This document shows, piece by piece, positions 61,301 through 64,000 of a DNA stretch of 64,000 bases (its first letter is position 1; each line of letters starts with the position of its first letter). The DNA comes from a virus. Its lineage: Duplodnaviria; Caudoviricetes. The position numbers were made by a program, and so were the translations under genes. The stretch lies in the IMG/VR virus record IMGVR_UViG_2930337131_000001, positions 32,001-96,000 of that record, one strand, 5' to 3'. Below the pieces are notes generated by a model, which was not told the origin of the DNA, did not search any database, and worked only from the letters and a program-made list of their open reading frames with translations.

Positions 61301-63910
61301 ACCCTGAACGCCGACCGCATCGTGTCCGGCTCGATTACTACGAGCCAGCTCAACGTCACCACCGCGGCGAGCGTGCTGCAGAAGTTCTACGACGTCGGCG
61401 CGGACGCCGGGAAGTGGCGCACCGGCGGCTCGAGCACCACCACGGTCACCACCCCCTCGAACCTGGCCTCGGTCCAGGTGGCCGATGCCCAGGCCGGCGG
61501 ATCGGTCATGCGCGCGGTCGGCGGAGTCGTTGCCGCCTGGCGGCCGGATGTGCTCATCCCGTTCGACCCGAACATCCTCTATCGGGTCTCCGTCGTCGCC
61601 CGGCAGACCGTCGCGGGCAGCGACACCTCGCAGCAGCGGCTCTACATGGGCGTGGCCGGCGTGGCAGCGGACGGCACCACCCTGGTCAACACCACCGGCG
61701 CAGCCTCCGCAGCCACCCAGCACTACATCGCCGCGGCCTCGCAGAACCTCACCGCGGGCAGCGGATGGCAGCGCTTCACCGGCTACCTCAAGGGCTATGC
61801 GGCGACCGGCGCCACCGCCACCCAGGGCGCCACCACCTCGCCCACCACGCCGGGCGTGCTCCACGCGAACGCCCGCTACATAACGCCGCTGTTCTACCTG
61901 AACTACAGCGGCGGGACCGGCACCGCCGAGATCAGCTCCATCACGGTCGAAGTCATCGAGACCGGCGCAGTGCAGACCGTCAACATCGCCGATGGCGCCA
62001 TCACGGCGAACAAGATCCTGGCCAACACCATCACGGCCGACAAGATCGTCGGCCTGACCATCACGGGCGACAAGCTCGCGGCGAACACCATCACGGCCGA
62101 CAAGATCCAAGCCCTGTCCATCACGGCGGCGCAGCTCGCGGCGAACTCGGTCACGGCGACGGCCATTCAGGCGGGCTCCATCGACGCCACCCACATCAAG
62201 GCTGGGGCAATTACCGCCGACCGGCTGTCCCTCGGCACTGACGGCAACCTCATCGCCGACCCCAGCTTCGAGGGCGCCGTCTCCGTCGGTCGGGCGTCCA
62301 CTAGTACGTACTGGTCCATCGTCAGCCCCGGCAACAACACCCCGCAGGCCCTTCAGGTGAATGCGGCCAACGCCACGGCCATCACCCGATCCCTGACGCT
62401 GGCCACGGTGCCAGGGATGCCCGGTCAAAAGCTGTGGCTGTCCATCGACTACTACGCCTCCACCGACTGGAACGGCCTCCGGATCAGCTTCTACGGGCAG
62501 TGGCTGGACGCGGCCAGCAACATCCTCGGATACAGCACCATCACCACCGGCGACAACGCGGCCGTCAAGGGCGCATGGACCACCCTGAGCGGCGTTCCCG
62601 ACGATGCCGCCCCCGCTGGCACCACCCAGCTCCGCATCGCGTGCTCCACCACCAACTCCAGCGCGGGCACCGTCCAGTTCGACAACACGACCGCGCGCAT
62701 CGTCCTCGCCTCCGGTTTTGCTGGGGCCCGCTCCGAGATCAGCCCTCGAGGCCTGCAGCTCTTTGACGACAACGGCGAGGAAGCCGTCTCTCTCCTGACC
62801 GGCCGGCCCAACTACCTGACGCTCAGCTCCGACGGACTGCCCGTCGCGACGATCGACCAGACCGGCGGCGCCTACTTCCAGAGCCTGGCGGTCGCCGACA
62901 CCCTCACCGTGGGCGGGGACCCCTTGACCGCGGTCCTCGACCAGCGGCCGCGCGGAATCATCTCGTACGGCGTGCCCGCCACGACTGTGACGGCCACCGG
63001 CACAGAGCTCGGCTACTTCGAGCTGCCCGTCACGGTCGAGTCCGGCCGGATGTACCGCATCAAGTTCCACGCGACCGCGGATTTCGACAACAACAACGAT
63101 GGAGAGGCCCGCCTGTACCTCCGCGACGGCGGGGCTTCCACGCCCTCGATCTCGTCGACGCTGCGCCAGCACGTCATCCTCACCCCGTCACACACGGGCC
63201 GGTACTGGACGGCAGAGCTCGAGTACATCGTTCCTGGAAGCACCCTCGGCGCCGGCCTGCACCGATTCCTGCTCTCCTTCGAGAACTCCGGCAGCACCAG
63301 CGGTACGACGTTCGAACTGGGGTTGGCCACCACCGGCCGGAGTTGCGTCTTCTACGCCGAGGACATCGGCCCGGAGATCCCGAAGACCGGCGGATACAAC
63401 ACCGGAGGTGGCACGGCCACCCCGCCTGTCGTCCAGTACACCAAGACCTACTCCGCGACCTGGTCCGGGTCGTACTCGAACCGTGGCTCGTACAACAGCT
63501 ACTACGGCAACTCCTGTTATCAGGGCTACTACAGCTCCACGAACGGCATGCAGGCGAGCCTCATCGGCTTCTCGTCGTCCCTGGGCACCGACCTGTCGGG
63601 CGCGACCATCCAGAAGGCCGAGGTCTATCTGTATTTCGATCACTGGTACTACAACAACGGCGGTAGCGCCGTGATCAAGGCGCACAGCTTCACGTCCCGC
63701 CCGTCCACGTTCTCCTCCGATCCCGAGTCCAAGACGATCTCTTGGGCGAAGAACGAGGGCAAGTGGGTCGACATCACATCGGTGTTCGACTCCACGAAGT
63801 GGCGGGGCATTGCCCTGGACCCAAACAGCTCGAGCCTGACCTACTACGGCCGCGCGCGTGGCTACGGCCAGACCAACCCCCCGAAGCTCCGCGTCACCTA
63901 CACGAAGTGA
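58397..63910 (+). CDS. Long tail fibre/host-recognition protein with decapeptide repeats and CBM-like domains
   Basis: AVTAAKIA/SVTAAEL-type repeats; two NLxxDPSFE domains and two IP(Y/F)DPxxLYR domains. Confidence 0.85.
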   Translation: MSSFNLDEREKRRQFATYFKELEDRIANLERTNQLNNASIEGGALDIYDEDGALKGSVGVQDDGTVALVPHPENTDPPPTPTAPTVDSALAGLDITWSGQWANSETAPNDFALVQVHVGTPADFTPNAATQVSQINDVTGGKTTVHVEGYDPVWVRLVAVNTAALTGDPSDAVQGQARQAVSQDLIDNIITDVKIANEAITEAKIALSAVTSDKIAAGSVNELLLADDAVTAAKLAAASVGTVALADGAVLAEKLADNAVTQSKVAANAVTELALANSAVTSAKVAVGAIDSTRIADAAVTAVKIGQNAVTAAKLADGAVGALALADSAVTAAKVAVNAIDSTKITDAAVTAAKIGAAAVTTGKLAAQAVTLANLSGALADVASQRWVDTMGDPSTWTVAALSTGGAFDFLTGVTDAQTGQTVGQATGFARLRGNTLIPYDPDVLYRISARVRMPQAGTSDAVYVGVLGIGADGVTLVNRDGSNSVNSHYYPAASGKAVANTDGWVTVIGFMKGRAASGVSGSAGPNNDPRSPGLVNAGVRFISPYIWLNYNQQSSGSSKMQMDYVAIEALKTGVVDTINLSSGAVTAPAIATDAVIAGKIAADAITARELAANSVTAAELSAGSVTAAAIAANTITAGQLAANSVTAAQIAAGSVQTAALAADAVAAGKIAADAVTARELAANSVTAAELSAGSVTAAAIAAGTITAGQLAANSVTATQIAAGAVQAGALAADAVAAGKIAADAVTARELAASSVTASELSAGSVTANAIAAGSVTTDKLTVAGGANLMSDPSFEGAFSAALVAGSNNFSIDTIGNGSAKSLKLNAVAGAATTKSQMITRVPILAGDQLYLAFDYLASSDYTSTATPKFYARWEDSTGTTIGYGVAAASPPVLGGSTWNRPTATVTAPAGTVQASIWAESFNASAGTLWFDNIAVRPVVAGVQIADGAITTPKMVAGSIQGDRIAVNTLNADRIVSGSITTSQLNVTTAASVLQKFYDVGADAGKWRTGGSSTTTVTTPSNLASVQVADAQAGGSVMRAVGGVVAAWRPDVLIPFDPNILYRVSVVARQTVAGSDTSQQRLYMGVAGVAADGTTLVNTTGAASAATQHYIAAASQNLTAGSGWQRFTGYLKGYAATGATATQGATTSPTTPGVLHANARYITPLFYLNYSGGTGTAEISSITVEVIETGAVQTVNIADGAITANKILANTITADKIVGLTITGDKLAANTITADKIQALSITAAQLAANSVTATAIQAGSIDATHIKAGAITADRLSLGTDGNLIADPSFEGAVSVGRASTSTYWSIVSPGNNTPQALQVNAANATAITRSLTLATVPGMPGQKLWLSIDYYASTDWNGLRISFYGQWLDAASNILGYSTITTGDNAAVKGAWTTLSGVPDDAAPAGTTQLRIACSTTNSSAGTVQFDNTTARIVLASGFAGARSEISPRGLQLFDDNGEEAVSLLTGRPNYLTLSSDGLPVATIDQTGGAYFQSLAVADTLTVGGDPLTAVLDQRPRGIISYGVPATTVTATGTELGYFELPVTVESGRMYRIKFHATADFDNNNDGEARLYLRDGGASTPSISSTLRQHVILTPSHTGRYWTAELEYIVPGSTLGAGLHRFLLSFENSGSTSGTTFELGLATTGRSCVFYAEDIGPEIPKTGGYNTGGGTATPPVVQYTKTYSATWSGSYSNRGSYNSYYGNSCYQGYYSSTNGMQASLIGFSSSLGTDLSGATIQKAEVYLYFDHWYYNNGGSAVIKAHSFTSRPSTFSSDPESKTISWAKNEGKWVDITSVFDSTKWRGIALDPNSSSLTYYGRARGYGQTNPPKLRVTYTK
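60170..60730 (+). repeat. Coding tandem repeat (30-nt units, ~180-nt higher-order period)
   Basis: AGKIAADA(I/V)TARELAA recurs near 60190, 60400 and 60610 with intervening decapeptide units. Confidence 0.7.
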
Positions 63911-63919
63911 GGAGGCCCC

Positions 63920-64000
63920 GTGCCCACACTGCCACTGCCGCTTAGCGCCCTCTGCGGTCTCGCCGATGAGCCGACGTTACTGCCGCGGGTCCGCCTGGCC
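63920..64000 (+). CDS. 5' part of the next gene (truncated by the window)
   Basis: GAGGAGG RBS then GTG; open to the window end. Confidence 0.55.
   Translation, partial: MPTLPLPLSALCGLADEPTLLPRVRLA

Larger units (their letters stand above)
1..64000. mobile_element. Conjugative plasmid-phage/prophage of a Streptomyces-like host (pZL12-like gene content); both ends lie outside the window
   Basis: TraB/FtsK translocase, Spd-like gene, Cre-like recombinase and an ordered siphovirus head-tail module; no host housekeeping genes. Confidence 0.8.

Noticed and set aside
22333-63172. Very long minus-strand ORFs (e.g. 22333-24912, 24913-28857, 28912-34884, 34930-37449, 60071-63172)
   Set aside because: Antisense shadows of real genes, expected from high GC3 codon bias; no motifs and V/G/R-skewed composition
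63400-63910. Diversity-generating retroelement target in the AAC/TAC-rich fibre tip
   Set aside because: No reverse transcriptase or template repeat in the window; could only be revisited with downstream sequence
1-64000. tRNA/rRNA genes, att sites, replication origin
   Set aside because: No cloverleaf/T-loop signature, iteron array or boundary recognised by eye; tRNAscan and full-replicon analysis are needed

Overview
Very GC-rich actinobacterial (Streptomyces-like) DNA that reads as part of a conjugative plasmid-phage, comparable in gene content to Streptomyces pZL12. Positions 83-10785 (minus strand) hold a lipoprotein, an Spd-like protein, a TraB/FtsK DNA translocase, a RusA-like resolvase and many small hypothetical genes. 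Positions 10931-21983 (plus strand) hold small genes, a Cre-like tyrosine recombinase, an XRE regulator with two anti-sigma-like ATPases, and a nucleotide-chemistry operon (radical SAM, two paralogous exonuclease-fold proteins, P-loop kinase, NUDIX). Positions 22028-64000 are a siphovirus morphogenesis module: portal-MuF fusion, SNase, a ~4000-aa multidomain protein, a prohead protease-NUDIX polyprotein, HK97-type capsid, neck and tail genes, a frameshifted chaperone, tape measure and a long tail fibre. No terminase, lysin, replication initiator, tRNA or CRISPR array was seen. Four recurring signals were read directly from the sequence: (1) a 12-copy late-promoter motif, with four apparently leaderless starts; (2) a 3-copy 28-bp double palindrome upstream of three of those promoters; (3) a 3-copy covarying AGAGCA-loop hairpin in leftward 5' leaders; (4) E-x-K-[S/A] sites at domain boundaries of head proteins, suggesting protease-released capsid cargo. 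All family calls come from motif recognition by eye, with no database search.
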